Source: Candidatus Aminicenantes bacterium
Lineage (GTDB): Bacteria; Acidobacteriota; Aminicenantia; Aminicenantales; Saccharicenantaceae
Assembly (NCBI GenBank): GCA_963843505.1
Contig: CAWJKR010000008.1
Coordinates: forward strand, 465,922-529,921
DNA: 64,000 nt
Direction: 5' to 3'
Positions 40,422 through 51,759 of the stretch are shown here, one piece after another (the first letter of the stretch is position 1; each line of letters begins with the position of its first letter). Under the pieces are notes generated by a model, which worked only from the letters and a program-made list of their open reading frames with translations, was not told the DNA's origin and searched no databases. The position numbers and the translations under genes are program-made.

Positions 40422-42906
40422 GCTGAAACGGAAGGTTTGGCGCTTCCGGCGGGCCTACGTCCTCGCGGCCGTCCCCGTCCTGGCCCTCGCGATCTCGCTC
40501 GCCGTCCTCCCGGGCCGGAGCGACGTCGACGCGGTCCCCGAGGCGTCCGACGCGAAGGTCGCCCAAGGGACCTTCCGGCCGACCGTCGTCCTTACGGGGA
40601 GCTTGACGGCCCTCCGGTCGGAGGAGCTCAAGGTCCCGATCACCGAGACGTACCGGGTCCAGATCAAATGGATGGTGAAAGAAGGCGAGACCGTCAAGCC
40701 GGGCGACCCCGTGGTCCGGTTCGACACCTCCGGATTGGCCACGTCGATCGAGGGCGCCCAGGATTCGCTGAAAGCCAAGTGGGAGGAGAGGTCCCGGAAG
40801 AAGGCCGAGTACGAGAACCAGACCTTCGAGCTGGACGTGGAAGTGAAGAAGGCCGAGAACGACAACCGGCAAAAGGCCCTCGACGCGTCCATCCCCGAGG
40901 GGCTCGAGTCCCGGTACGAGTACGACCGCAAGCAGCTCGAAAAGAAGATCAGCGATCACGCCCTGGCCAGCGCCCGGACGAACAAGAGCGTCAAGATGGC
41001 CGACCTGGAAAGCCAGATCAAGACGCTCGCCATCGAGGCCGCGGAGCTCGAAACCAAGCTGCGGAGGCTGAATGACAGCCTCGACGACCTGACCCTCATC
41101 GCCAGGACCGAAGGCGCGGTGATCTACGATGTCGACGAATGGAGCGGCCAAAAGGTCCAGGTGGGCGACACGGTCTTCGCCACCTCTGTCGTGGCCACGA
41201 TCCCCGACATGACGTCGCTCCTGGTCCAGGCCTGGATCAGCGAGACCCACATCCAGCGCATCAAGACCGGGCAGAGCGTCGACCTCTATCTCGACGCCTA
41301 CCCGGAGAACCGGTATGCCGGCGCGATCCGGGAGATCTCCCAGAGCGCCGATCCCGTCCGGCGCTGGGGCCGGTCCAACTATTTCCGGGTCGACATCGAA
41401 ATGGAAAAGCTCGAGCCGGACATCATGAAGCCCGGGATGAGCGTCCGATGCGAGGTCCGCGGGCCGGAATACAAGGACGTCCTCCTCATCCCGCTGGGGA
41501 TGACGCTGTTCGACGGGCGCTCTTTCTGGGTCAGGCCCGCCGGCGGCGAAGCCGTCGAGCTCACGGCCCTGGATTACGACGAGTTCGCGGTGGCCGCCGA
41601 CCCGGGGGCCAATCCCTCCCTCAAGGCGGGAATGACGCTCCTCCCGGTCGGCGCGCTTCCCGAAGAAGAGTCGGAGAGAAGAAGGCCGGTGAAAAAACCT
41701 AGGCTCTTTTCGCGCGCCGCCGCCGCGGCCCTGGTGTTCGCCCTCGCGCTCACCGGGTGTTCGCGGTCGGGCAAGGGCGCGGTGGCAAAAGTCGTCAAGG
41801 CCCCCATGAACATCACGGTCCACGCCACGGGCCAGCTCCAATCGGCGGCCTCCCACAGTGTCGGGTGCCCGTCGGTCGAGCGGGTGTGGCAGTACACGAT
41901 CTCCTTCATGGCCCCGGAGGGCAAGGCCGTCAAAGAAGGCGACATGATCCTCTCTTTCGACGCCCGGGAGATCATGCAGCGGCTCCAGGTCAAGCAATCG
42001 GACCTGGATACGGCCCTCAAAGAGCTCGAGAGGATGCAGCTCACCGAACGGCAGACCCGGGAGAACCTGGCCCTGCAATTCGAACAGGAGAAGGTCAACA
42101 AGCAGAAGGCCGTGCGCAAAGCCGACTACCCCGAGGGGATCATCGCGCCGATGGAGCTCCAGAAGAGGCAGATGGAGCTCGAGCTGGCCGATCTGCAGGA
42201 GAGGCTCGCGGAAAACCGCCTGGCCAACCAGAACTCGGGGATGGCCAGCCGCATCCAGGTCCAGGAATCGAAGGCCCGGCTGCTCCAGGCCCAGGTGGAC
42301 CGGCTGCAGCGCGACATCCAGACCATGAACGTCCTGGCGCCCACGGCCGGGCTCGTCGTTTACACGCCCAATTGGAACGGCAAGAAAAAGGCCGTCGGCG
42401 ACACCGTGTGGATGGGCGACACGATCCTCGAGCTGCCCGACCTCGGGCGGATGCAGATGAAGGCCGTGATCCTCGAGGTCCAGGCGGGCCGGGTCAAAGT
42501 CGGGCAGCCGGCCGAGGTCCGGCTCGACTCCAACCCGGACCGCGTGTACAAGGGCGAGATCACGTCCCTGGGCCGCGTCTTCCGCGTCAAGTCGGACAGC
42601 CAGCCGGCGATCGTCTTCGACGCCGTCATCGATCTCTCCGAATCGGATCCCGAGCTGATGCGGCCCGGCATGGCGGCCGGCGTCAATATCGTCATCTCCT
42701 CCAAAAGCGACGTGCTGCAGGTGCCGGAGGCCGCGATCGTCTACCGCGAGAAGGGCGCGGCCGTTTGGAAAAAGGGCGCTTTATCCCGGGATCTGACGCC
42801 GGTCACCCTCGGGGCCCGGTCCGACGGCATGGTGGAGATCACGAGCGGCCTGGCGAAGGGGGATTCGATCGTCATCCTCTCGGGGGCCGCGGGAGCCGGA
42901 CGATGA
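40405..42906 (+). CDS. HlyD-family membrane-fusion (periplasmic adaptor) protein, read as one 833-aa ORF that contains two complete MFP units (second unit begins about 41689 with a lipobox).
   Basis: Unit 1: N-terminal TM anchor AYVLAAVPVLALAISLAV, coiled-coil, beta-barrel ...VIYDVDEWSGQKVQVGDTVF.... Unit 2: RBS GAGAGAAGAAGG plus GTG 41689, VKKPRLFSRAAAAALVFALALTGCSRSG (lipoprotein signal), coiled-coil LQVKQSDLDTALKELERMQL..., ...VVYTPNWNGKKKAVGDTVWMGD.... No stop codon separates the two units in this assembly. Confidence 0.6.
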
Positions 42907-44126
42907 GAGCGAAGGCCCTGGCGGCCGCGCTTCTCATGATCGCCCTCCTCGCCGCCGGCTGCGGCGGGCCGGGCGGCGGGGCCTCGGCCGGCATGAATGT
43001 CCGTCGAGGGACTTTCGAGATCGTCATCCCGGCCTTCGGCGAGCTGCAGGCGGCCAAGTCCACGCCGATCGTCGTCTCGCCCGAGAGCCGCTTCGCCCTG
43101 CAGTCCATCGCCTGGATGGCCCCCGATTATACGGCGGTCAAGAGCGGCGACGTCGTCATCCGGCTGGCCAGCACGCAGCTGCCGGACATGCTGCGCTCCG
43201 AAGAAGCCGAGATGGCCAAGCTCAACCTCGAGATCGCCCAAAAGGAGAAGCAGCTCGAGAAGGAAAAGAACGACCTGACGGGCCAGATATCGGTGACGGG
43301 CATCCAGAGAGAGCTGGCCGACGTCTACGCCGCCCGGGACGAGACCATCTATTCCCGCAATAAGATCATCGAAGACGCCATCGATCTCAACTATCAGACC
43401 ATCCGCGAGCGCTACTTCCAGCAGGAGAGGACGCAGCTCGAGAAACGCATCGCCGCGGAGCTCCAGCTCCTCCAATCGAAGGCCCGCGCCCACGAGGTGA
43501 AGATCAAGCAGTTCCAGGACCAGCTGAACAACCTCGAGATCCGGGCCCCGCACGACGGCATGCTGATCATCGGCAAGATGTGGAACGGCGAGAAGTACCG
43601 CGTCGGGATGAACGCCTACAGCGGGATGAAGCTGGGCTCCCTGCCCGACCTCAGCGTCATGGAAGCCAAGGTCTTCGTCCTGGAGTCGGAGGCCGCGGGC
43701 CTCAAGGAGGGCCTGCCGGTCACGGTCGGCCTCGATTACGAGCCGGGGCGGACCTTCACCGGCAAGGTGGCCGGGATCGACACGATCGCCAAGCCTTTGA
43801 GCGAAGACAGCCCGCTGAAATATTTCGAAGCGCGCGTCGCGCTCGACGTCACCGATCCCCAGCTGATGAAGCCGGGCGTCCAGGTCCGGGCCTCCATTTT
43901 CGTGGAGAAGCTGGACGACGTCGTCGCCGTCCCGAACCAGGCCTTCGCGTTCGAGGGGGACGCGGCCTTCGTCTTCGTCAGGAAAGGCGGGCGGGTCCTG
44001 AAGAGGCCGGTCGAGATGGGCGCCCGGAGCCTGACCCAGACGGTCGTCACCAAGGGATTGGAAGAGGGCGCGCAGATCCTCCTGGGCCAGCCGGGGACCG
44101 CGGCCAAGGCGGGGAAGCCGTCATGA
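42903..44126 (+). CDS. HlyD-family membrane-fusion lipoprotein (third MFP).
   Basis: ATG overlaps the upstream stop (ATGA). Lipobox LLAAGCGG. Coiled-coil ...EEAEMAKLNLEIAQKEKQLEKEKNDL..., ...LIIGKMWNGEKYRVGMNAYSGMKLG.... Confidence 0.7.
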   Translation: MRAKALAAALLMIALLAAGCGGPGGGASAGMNVRRGTFEIVIPAFGELQAAKSTPIVVSPESRFALQSIAWMAPDYTAVKSGDVVIRLASTQLPDMLRSEEAEMAKLNLEIAQKEKQLEKEKNDLTGQISVTGIQRELADVYAARDETIYSRNKIIEDAIDLNYQTIRERYFQQERTQLEKRIAAELQLLQSKARAHEVKIKQFQDQLNNLEIRAPHDGMLIIGKMWNGEKYRVGMNAYSGMKLGSLPDLSVMEAKVFVLESEAAGLKEGLPVTVGLDYEPGRTFTGKVAGIDTIAKPLSEDSPLKYFEARVALDVTDPQLMKPGVQVRASIFVEKLDDVVAVPNQAFAFEGDAAFVFVRKGGRVLKRPVEMGARSLTQTVVTKGLEEGAQILLGQPGTAAKAGKPS

Positions 44127-45358
44127 AGATGACCTTCGAGTTCGCCGAATCGATGGAGTCCCTCCTCCATCACAAGCTCCGGACGCTGCTCACGCTGTTG
44201 GGAATGATCTTCGGGGTCGGGGCCGTGATCGCCATGCTGAGCATCGGGCGCGGCGCGGAACGGGAAGCCCTGCAGCTCATCGACACGATGGGCCTGCGCA
44301 ACATCATCGTCAAGGCCAAGACCTTCGAGGAGAGCAAGCTCAAGGAGATCCGCGAGAGCTGCCCGGGACTGACGATGCAGGACCTGAACGCGGCCCGGGA
44401 GACGCTGCCCTTTCTCAGCACCTACAGCGCCAGCAAGCAGGTCAAGGTCTTCGCCGTCGTCAGCCGGGACCGGGAGAGCGACGCCGAGGTCTCGGGGGTG
44501 ACGCCGACGCACCTCGACATGGCCAATCTGAGCGTCAGCGCGGGCCGGTTCCTGCTGCCTTTCGACGACCTCGTCTACGCCCACGTGTGCGTGATCGGGT
44601 CGCGCGTCGCCCAGGTCCTGTTCCCGGGGGAGTCGCCCCTCGGCCGGCAGGTCAAGATCAACCACGTCTGGATGACGGTCGTCGGCGTGCTGCTGGACAA
44701 GAACCTCCTCAAGGAGGAATTCCAGGGCATCGCCCTCAAGGGCGAGCAGAACAACATCTATGTCCCGCTCCAAACGGCCCTGAAGGTCTTCCGGTTCGGG
44801 AACTACGAATCCGACCTCGACGAATTCCGGGTCCAGCTGAGGCCCGAGATCTCGAGCGCCTCGGCCGCGGGGACCCTGGCCCACCTGATGAAGCGCCGCC
44901 ACAAGGAGATCGACGATTACGAGATGATCGTGCCCGAGGCCCTTCTCGAGCAGCACCGCAAGACCCAGAACATCTTCACCATCGTCATGGCCTGCATCGC
45001 CGGGATCTCGCTCCTCGTGGGCGGCATCGGGATCATGAACATCATGCTGGCCACGGTGCTCGAGCGGACGCGGGAGATCGGGCTGAGGCGGGCCGTGGGC
45101 GCGAGGCAGATCGACATCCGGAGCCAGTTCATCGCCGAGACGGTCACCATCTCGGCCATCGGCGGGACGGCCGGGATCCTCTTCGGCTTCGCGCTGTCCA
45201 TGCTCATCTCGGCGTTCACCGGCTGGCCGGTCGGCTGGACGATCACCGCCGTGCTGCTGTCGTTCTTCGTCTGCACGGTCATCGGCCTGGCCTCCGGGAT
45301 CTACCCGGCGCTCAAGGCCTCACGGCTGGACCCGATCGAGGCCCTGCGTCACGATTGA
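44123..45358 (+). CDS. ABC transporter permease, MacB/FtsX family (MacB periplasmic domain plus 4 TM).
   Basis: ATG overlaps the upstream stop. N-terminal TM LRTLLTLLGMIFGVGAVIAMLSIG. Large periplasmic domain. C-terminal FtsX helices ...TIVMACIAGISLLVGGIGIMNIMLATVLERTREIGLRRAVGA.... Confidence 0.8.
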   Translation: MKMTFEFAESMESLLHHKLRTLLTLLGMIFGVGAVIAMLSIGRGAEREALQLIDTMGLRNIIVKAKTFEESKLKEIRESCPGLTMQDLNAARETLPFLSTYSASKQVKVFAVVSRDRESDAEVSGVTPTHLDMANLSVSAGRFLLPFDDLVYAHVCVIGSRVAQVLFPGESPLGRQVKINHVWMTVVGVLLDKNLLKEEFQGIALKGEQNNIYVPLQTALKVFRFGNYESDLDEFRVQLRPEISSASAAGTLAHLMKRRHKEIDDYEMIVPEALLEQHRKTQNIFTIVMACIAGISLLVGGIGIMNIMLATVLERTREIGLRRAVGARQIDIRSQFIAETVTISAIGGTAGILFGFALSMLISAFTGWPVGWTITAVLLSFFVCTVIGLASGIYPALKASRLDPIEALRHD

Positions 45359-45453
45359 AGCGCGCCGGACACCCGAGCGACTCCAGCCCGATGGGCGGAG
45401 AGCCAGGCCCACGAAGCCCCGCCATCGGGGCCGTTCTGAGCCGTCCGAACGGT

Positions 45454-46698
45454 TCAGTTCGAGCGGCGCGCCGCCGTCAGCGGCGTGGGAACCGGAAACG
45501 AGAAGTTCAGGGCGTTCGGGCCGGCCTTGGTGATCGTGATGGTCTGCTCGAGCGAGACCCGGCCCTCGAACGACGCGACGACCGCATAGGCCCCGACCGG
45601 CAGATCGACCTTGACGGCTGTGATATCGGCGGGCAGCCATTCGTCGTCATAACCGACGATGTCCTGCCTTTTGACCTCGACCATGGGCGTCCCGGGCAGG
45701 TCCGAGAGCTGCCGGATGGAGAGGGACACGAAAAGCGTGTCGACCGGGACCTTGTCCAAGTCCCCGTCCATGACGACGGCCTTGAGGTCCAATGAGCCGG
45801 TCTCCGCGGGGACGGGGAGCGTGAAATCCACCGGATAGACATTGCCGTTCACCGCGCCGGCGATCTGGTCCCAATCGGGCGCATAATACGGATTGGTCGA
45901 GTTCCATTGGGTCGCCACGGCGTTGAGCTCGAGCGGATCCGGGATATTGAGGAACCAGAACATATAGGCGCCGGTGCTGTCGGCCACGGTCGTCCCGTAC
46001 CGGGTGATCTCTTCCGCGAAATCCTGGCCGTCGGCCCGGGGCTTGTAGATCTGGAGGCTGACTTCGGCGCCTGGGATCCCCGCGCCCTCCGCGGTCTTGA
46101 CGAACCCCTTGATGATCGTCCGGGTCTGGCTGTCGTCGATCTGGTGGATCGTCGGCCTGAGGATGTACTTTCCACTATGGCCCGTGGCCACGACCGACGC
46201 GGCGACGTCGAAATCGAAGATCAGCTCGGTCGTGGAGTTCTCGTTGATGTCAAACCCCTGGACGAGCTTGACGCCGGACTGGACGCCGCTCGGGGTCTTC
46301 ATCTCATGGATGTTCTCCGCCTCGTCGACCACGTAGTTCGCGAACTGGAGAGGATCCACGCTATTGACGGTGCCGATCATGAGCCGCATTTGCGTGTAGT
46401 GGCCCGGGGCGAGGTCGACCATCCCCAGCTCGAGCCGGACGCCGTTGGCCAGGGTCAAGAGATCGACCGTCCGGTTCACGTCGAGGATCTTCGTCCAGGA
46501 ATCCTCGGGATCGCCTTCCATATGGACGTAGATGTCCCGAACGGTGACCCAGACCTCCTTGTAGTCGTGCGTCGGCTTGTCGGTGAGGCTCAGCGAAAGT
46601 CGCCCCGTGTTGTCGCCGCCGACGTTGCAGGCGATCAGACCCGTGAGAAGAAAGGCCAACAGAGTGATTCCCTTGACCTTGGAGAGATGAGATGCCAT
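45454..46698 (-). CDS. DUF4382-like lipoprotein (secreted).
   Basis: Perfect SD AAGGAGG before ATG 46698. Lipobox LLTGLIAC. ...GRLSLSLTDKPTHDYKEVWVTVRDIYVHMEGD...VDLLTLANGVRLELGMVDLAPGHYTQMRL.... Confidence 0.55.
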   Translation of the reverse strand: MASHLSKVKGITLLAFLLTGLIACNVGGDNTGRLSLSLTDKPTHDYKEVWVTVRDIYVHMEGDPEDSWTKILDVNRTVDLLTLANGVRLELGMVDLAPGHYTQMRLMIGTVNSVDPLQFANYVVDEAENIHEMKTPSGVQSGVKLVQGFDINENSTTELIFDFDVAASVVATGHSGKYILRPTIHQIDDSQTRTIIKGFVKTAEGAGIPGAEVSLQIYKPRADGQDFAEEITRYGTTVADSTGAYMFWFLNIPDPLELNAVATQWNSTNPYYAPDWDQIAGAVNGNVYPVDFTLPVPAETGSLDLKAVVMDGDLDKVPVDTLFVSLSIRQLSDLPGTPMVEVKRQDIVGYDDEWLPADITAVKVDLPVGAYAVVASFEGRVSLEQTITITKAGPNALNFSFPVPTPLTAARRSN

Positions 46699-46938
46699 GG
46701 CAAGACCTCCTTTTTCTTTCCCGAATAAAAGCCCCGGACAATCCAAGTTCAAGTTAGTCCCACTTCGGTGGATTGTCAAGAATCCGAACATTAAAATTTC
46801 ATTAAAATCGGGGACACAATACCATTTTCCGAATTGGCCGGCCTTACGGGGCAGGGGGACAGGAACCTTTAGGCCGTCCATTGCGTCCTAATTAGAGGCC
46901 GAAGTCGAAATCTGCCTCCCGCACGGAAAGGACGGAAA

Positions 46939-48656
46939 ATGACCTCCAACAAGCTCGCGACCCGGTTTTTCCTCATTGGCGCGGCGTTGATCCTCCTCCA
47001 ACTCGAGGCCTTGACGGCCTGGCCCGCCCAGACCGCGCCGTCCCGCGCCAGCGGCCTGACCGACCAGCAGTGGCGGGAAGACATCGATTTTCTCGCCAAG
47101 ACGGTCGCCGAAAAGCACCGCCATCCCTTCGATACCCTCGTCCCGGGCCGATTTCGACAAAGCCGTCGCCGCGCTTCGCGACCGCGTTCCCGCCCTGGCC
47201 GACCACGAGGTCGTCGTCGGCATGATCAAGCTGGTGGCCATGCTGCGGGACGGCCACAGCCGCCTGACCCTGCCGGTCGGCCCGGCCGCGGACACGCAGA
47301 GCCACACGCCCGACGGCCGCTCCCAAGACCGGCATGGCCTTCCACATCCTGCCCTTCAGGCTCTATCTCTTCAGCGACGGCCTCTACGTCCAGGCCGCGA
47401 CCCCCGAGCATCGCGACCTCGTCGGCGCCCGGATCGTCCGGATCGGCACGATGACGGCCGAGGCCGCGCTGGAGGCGGTCCGGCCCGCGGTCCACTACGA
47501 TTCCGAGATGTGGCTCAAGCTCGTCGGCCCTCAGTTTCTCGGGGTCCCCGAGATCCTCCAGGCCTGCGGCGTCACTGAGGCCGTCGAACGGACGCCCCTG
47601 ACCCTGGAGAAGGACGGGCGGACGACGACCGTCGTCCTCGAGCCGCTGCCCGCCTCTCCCGATCCGGCCTGGGTCGTTTGGAGTGACGTATCGGGGACGC
47701 CCAAGCCTCTCTTTCTCAGGAATACGGACAAGACCTTCTGGTTCGAGGTCCTGCCCGACCGGAAAGCCCTCTACGCGCAGGTCAATTCCGTCCAGGACGG
47801 AGAGACCGAAACGCTGGCGGCTTTCTCGGCCCGGATGGTCGCCGCGGCCCAGGCCGCCGGCGCGGACAGGATCGTCCTCGACCTCCGGCTGAACGGCGGC
47901 GGCAACAATTATCTCGGGCGCGGACTGGTCCTGGCCCTGCTCGGCGCCGAGAACCTCAATCGCTACGGCCGCCTGTACACGATCATCGGCCGCAACACGT
48001 TCTCGGCCGCGGTCAGCCTCGTCTCCGCCCTCGAGCGCTGGTCGGAGACGATCTTCGTCGGCGAGCCCACGGGCAATGTCCCGAGCCAGTACGGCGACTC
48101 CCGGCGATATCCCTTGCCTCACAGCGGACTGACCGTCCGTCTGTCTTCGGTCTACTGGCGCGACGCGGAGGTCGACGAGCGCCGGCCCTGGGTGGCCCCG
48201 GACATCGCGACCCCCCTCGCCTGGGCGGATTACGCGGCCGGCAGGGACCCGGCCCTCGAGGCCGCCCTGGCCTATGAGGCTCCGGCCTCCCTTATCGACC
48301 AGCTCAAGGACAAGTACAAATGGGGCGGGATGCGCGCGGCGGCTTCCCACTATTACAAGCACCGCAATTCCCCGATCACTGCCGCGGTCCGCACGGACGA
48401 CACGCTCCTGGCGATGGCCGACTTCCTCTTCGCCCAAAAGGACGCGGACAACGCGGTCGAGATCCTGCGCCGCGCGGTGGCCGAGTACCCGGATTCCGCG
48501 CCATGCCTTCTGGCCTTGGGGAAGCGGCTCGTCGAGCGGGGCGACGGTCAGGGCGCGCTCGAGCCGCTGAAAAAAGCGCTGGCCCTCAAGCCCGGCGACC
48601 CCGTTGCCGCCGAGTGGCTCGAGAAGGCGGAGAGGATCGTCCGGGCCAAGAAGTGA
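46939..48656 (+). CDS. S41-family (tail-specific / tricorn-like) peptidase with C-terminal TPR region; 2 or more frameshifts.
   Basis: Signal MTSNKLATRFFLIGAALILLQLEALTAWPAQ. ...DRIVLDLRLNGGGNNYLG...TIIGRNTFSAAVSLVSAL... (S41 Ser/Lys core region). C-terminus ...AVEILRRAVAEYPDSAPCLLALGKRLVERGDGQGALEPLKKALALKPGDP... (TPR). Confidence 0.6.
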
Positions 48657-48671
48657 ACCTGGCCCCGCCGG

Positions 48672-49082
48672 CTATGAGGCCCGTCCGTCGAGGACGCAGC
48701 GGATGGCCGCGGCGATCTCGCGGAGGGTGTAGGGCTTCGCCACGAGCTGGCGGATCCCCAGACGGGCGGCCTTTGCCTCGCCGGACTCGTCGATGCATCC
48801 CGAGCATAAGAGGACGGGGAGGTCCTTCCGGATCCTCATCGCTTCCTCCGCGAGGGCCGTCCCGGTCATGTGCGGCATGTTCTGATCGGTGACGACGATA
48901 TCGAAGGCCTGGGGATCGTCGCGAATGAGCTCGAGGGCCTTGGGCCGTCGGTCGCGAAGGTCGAGACGTAGCCCAGCCGCTCCAACACGGCGGAGAGGCT
49001 CTCGGCCTGAACACGGTCATCGTCGACGACCAGGACCCGTTCGTTTCCCCGGGGGACGCGGACTCGGTTATCTTTCGACCAT
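48672..49082 (-). CDS. Single-domain response regulator receiver (CheY-like); one frameshift near the N-terminus.
   Basis: Repaired: MVER-NRVRVPRGNERVLVVDDDRVQAESLSAVLERLGYVSTFATDG-KALELIRDDPQAFDIVVTDQNMPHMTGTALAEE...KPYTLREIAAAIRCVL.... Confidence 0.65.
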
Positions 49083-49102
49083 GCTGTCTTGCCCAGCGGA
49101 TA

Positions 49103-49622
49103 CTAAGGTTTGTCCCTCAGGTCCGCCAGGACCTGCTCCAGCTTGTCGAAGGACTGGTTCCATCCTTGCCGGGCGCCCTCCTGATCCGGACCGGGCGCGA
49201 AGCCGGCGTGCTTCAATGTCATCTTGGTCTTGCCGCCGATCTCCTCGAAGGTCACGGTCAGCGAGCAGCTCGCGCGGGAAATCGGGGCTCATGCCGTATT
49301 GGGTCGCCGGCACGATGTTGCCCTTCTCGTCGGCGAAGGAGTCGGTCATGACGATCCGCTCGAAAGGCGTGATCTCGCGGTAGAATCCCGTGCCCCAAAT
49401 GTCCTTGCCCTCGGGCGATCTCATGCAATAGAGGAATTGCCCGCCGACGCGGAGCGATATCCTGGCCACGGGGATCGGATACCCCTTGGGACCCCACCAG
49501 CGCATGACCAGGTCCGGCACGGTCCAAGCCTCCCAGACACGCTCACGGGGAGCGTCGAACTCCCGCTCGATATCCAGAGACGCGCCGAAGGTTTCCAGCG
49601 CTTCGTCCTTGTGCATGACCAT
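49103..49622 (-). CDS. SRPBCC / AHSA1-family (Activator-of-Hsp90-ATPase-like) protein; one frameshift.
   Basis: ...DAPRERVWEAWTVPDLVMRWWGPKGY...GGQFLYCM...GTGFYREITPFERIVMTD.... Repaired C-terminus TVTFEEIGGKTKMTLKHAGFAPGPDQEGARQGWNQSFDKLEQVLADLRDKP*. Confidence 0.7.
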
Positions 49623-49820
49623 GGCCGCTCCTCCAGGAGGCGATTAGCTGGACCTCATCCGCCCCTAAGTTACGCAAGAATCTTGCCAAATGCCGGTTTT
49701 TCCGAGAATTCTCTTCCCCTGCCTGAAAACAGGCGGAGGGACGGCGCACGGACCGCCCGGAGCGTGGGCAAAATCCCACGGCGCAGGACGGCTTCCTATC
49801 GGAGGGGAATAGGAGAAGGG

Positions 49821-51759
49821 CTAGGCGGCGGGGCGCTTGGCCGGGACGTGACGGTCCTCGACGCGCAGGGTGAAACCGGTCTTGTCGAAGTACTCCAGGA
49901 TGGCCTGGGCGTACTTGCGGGACAGGTCGAGCCGGTCGCGAAGCTCGGCGATGGTGACGCTGCCGTGGCGCTCGATGAGGCCGGCGACGGCGGCGCGCGC
50001 CGCTTCGATCGTCTCGCGGTGATAGATGACCTTGGGGGCCAGCCGGACGAGCTCGCCGGAGCGGAGGAGTCCGGAAAGGACGGGGTTGAAAACGGAAGGG
50101 TTGAGGCCGAGCTTCGTCCTCACGTCGTCTTCGAGCGGGGCCGAGAAGCGGGCGGCGCGGAAGGCGCCTTCGACCCGGGCGCGGAGCGCGGCCTCGACCG
50201 GGTCGGTTTTCGCCTCGCGGCCGGCGAGCCCGATCTCGGCGTCCTTCCGGACGAGAAGGCCGTCCGCGATGAGCGCGTCGAGGACGAGCTTGAGGGTCGG
50301 CGCGTCGCTCGTCTTGAGGAATTCCGCCCGGAGGTCCGAGTAGGGCATGGCCGCGCGGAACGGGTTCCTCTCGAAATACGCCCGGACCGCGGCCACGAGC
50401 CCGTCGGAGAGGCGCGCAAAGGCCGATCGGTGGAGATAGCGCTCCGGCTTCTCGCCGGGGAGGGCGACGAGGCTGCCGTCGGCGAGGAGGGCCGTGACGG
50501 CCTCGGCGACCTCGGGCTCGCCGCGGCCGAGCTTGCGGGTGATGTCGAGGACGGCCTGGGGCGCGCCGCCGGCCTTGGCGAACATCTGCTCGACGGCGTC
50601 GCGGGACGTGCCCCCGAGCTTGCCCAGGCCTTCGAGGACGCCGCCGCTGAAGCGCTTGTGCTTTTCGGGCGCGGCGTCGAGCACGCGGCCGCCGCCGATC
50701 GTCACGATGGGGGAGAAGGAGCGGATGACGAACCGGTCGCCGGGGAGGGCGACGGCCGGGCGCTCGAGGATGAGCTGGACGGCCGCCGTGGCGCCGGGCG
50801 CGATCGTCGGCGCGCCGATGACGGACAGGCGGGCCATGACCTCGTCCGTGCCGATGTGGAGGCGGACGCGGTCGCGGTGCTTGATCTCGCGGGGGGCGCC
50901 CGGCAGGACGTCGAGGCGGACGTCGAGGCGGGCCGTCGGGGCGAGCGATCCCGTCGGCGGCCGCGACCTGGCCGCGGCGGAGGTCGTCCTTGGCGACGTC
51001 CTGGAGGTTGAGCGCGGTCCGCCGGCCGATCGCCGGACCGCTCCGCTTTCGACTCGTGGACCTGGACGCCGCGGACGCGGGTCTTGAGGCCCTCGGGGTA
51101 GATCTCGATCCGGTCGCCCGCGCGCGACCGCGCCCGGACAGGATGGTCCCGGCGACGACCGTGCCGAAGCCGTGGATGATGAAGACGCGGTCGATGGGCA
51201 TGCGGAAGACGCCGCTGTCGGGGCGCGGGCCCGACGCGGCGGCCGATCTCCTGGAGCGCCGCTTTGAGCGCCGGGACGCCGGCCCCGGTCAGCGCCGAGA
51301 CGGGGATGACGGGCGCGTCGTCGAGGAACGAGCCGCGGACGAAGTGCGCGGACCTCGGCCGTGAGCTCGGCCAGGCGGGCCTCGTCGACGAGGTCGCACT
51401 TCGTCAGGGCGATGATGCCGCGCTTGACGCCGAGGAGCCGGAGGATGTCGAAGTGCTCGCGGGTCTGGACGGCGATGCCCTCGTCGGCGGCGATGACGAA
51501 CAGGGCGGCGTCGATGTTGCGAGGCGCCGGCGACCATGGTCTTGACGAACTTCTCGTGGCCGGGGACGTCGATGAAGACGATCTGCTTCTCGTAGTCCGG
51601 GTCGTCGAGGAAGACGAAGCCGAGCTCGATCGTCATGCCCCGCTCTTTTTCCTCGGGCAGGGTGTCGGGGTCGATGCCGGTCAGGGCCCTGACGAGGGCG
51701 CTCTTGCCGTGGTCGATGTGGCCGGCCGTGCCGACGATGACGTGGTCGAGGTCGGGCAT
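49821..51759 (-). CDS. selB: Selenocysteine-specific elongation factor SelB; 3 or more frameshifts.
   Basis: N-terminus [52 protein letters not shown]...[12 protein letters not shown] (SelB GTPase G1-G3). C-terminal 338 aa ...[43 protein letters not shown]... (tandem winged-helix SECIS-binding domains). Confidence 0.8.

Noticed and set aside
41689-41700. Treating MFP1-MFP2 read-through as a definite natural fusion.
   Set aside because: Given the contig's indel rate, a lost stop codon cannot be excluded. I report it as one ORF as seen, and flag the ambiguity.
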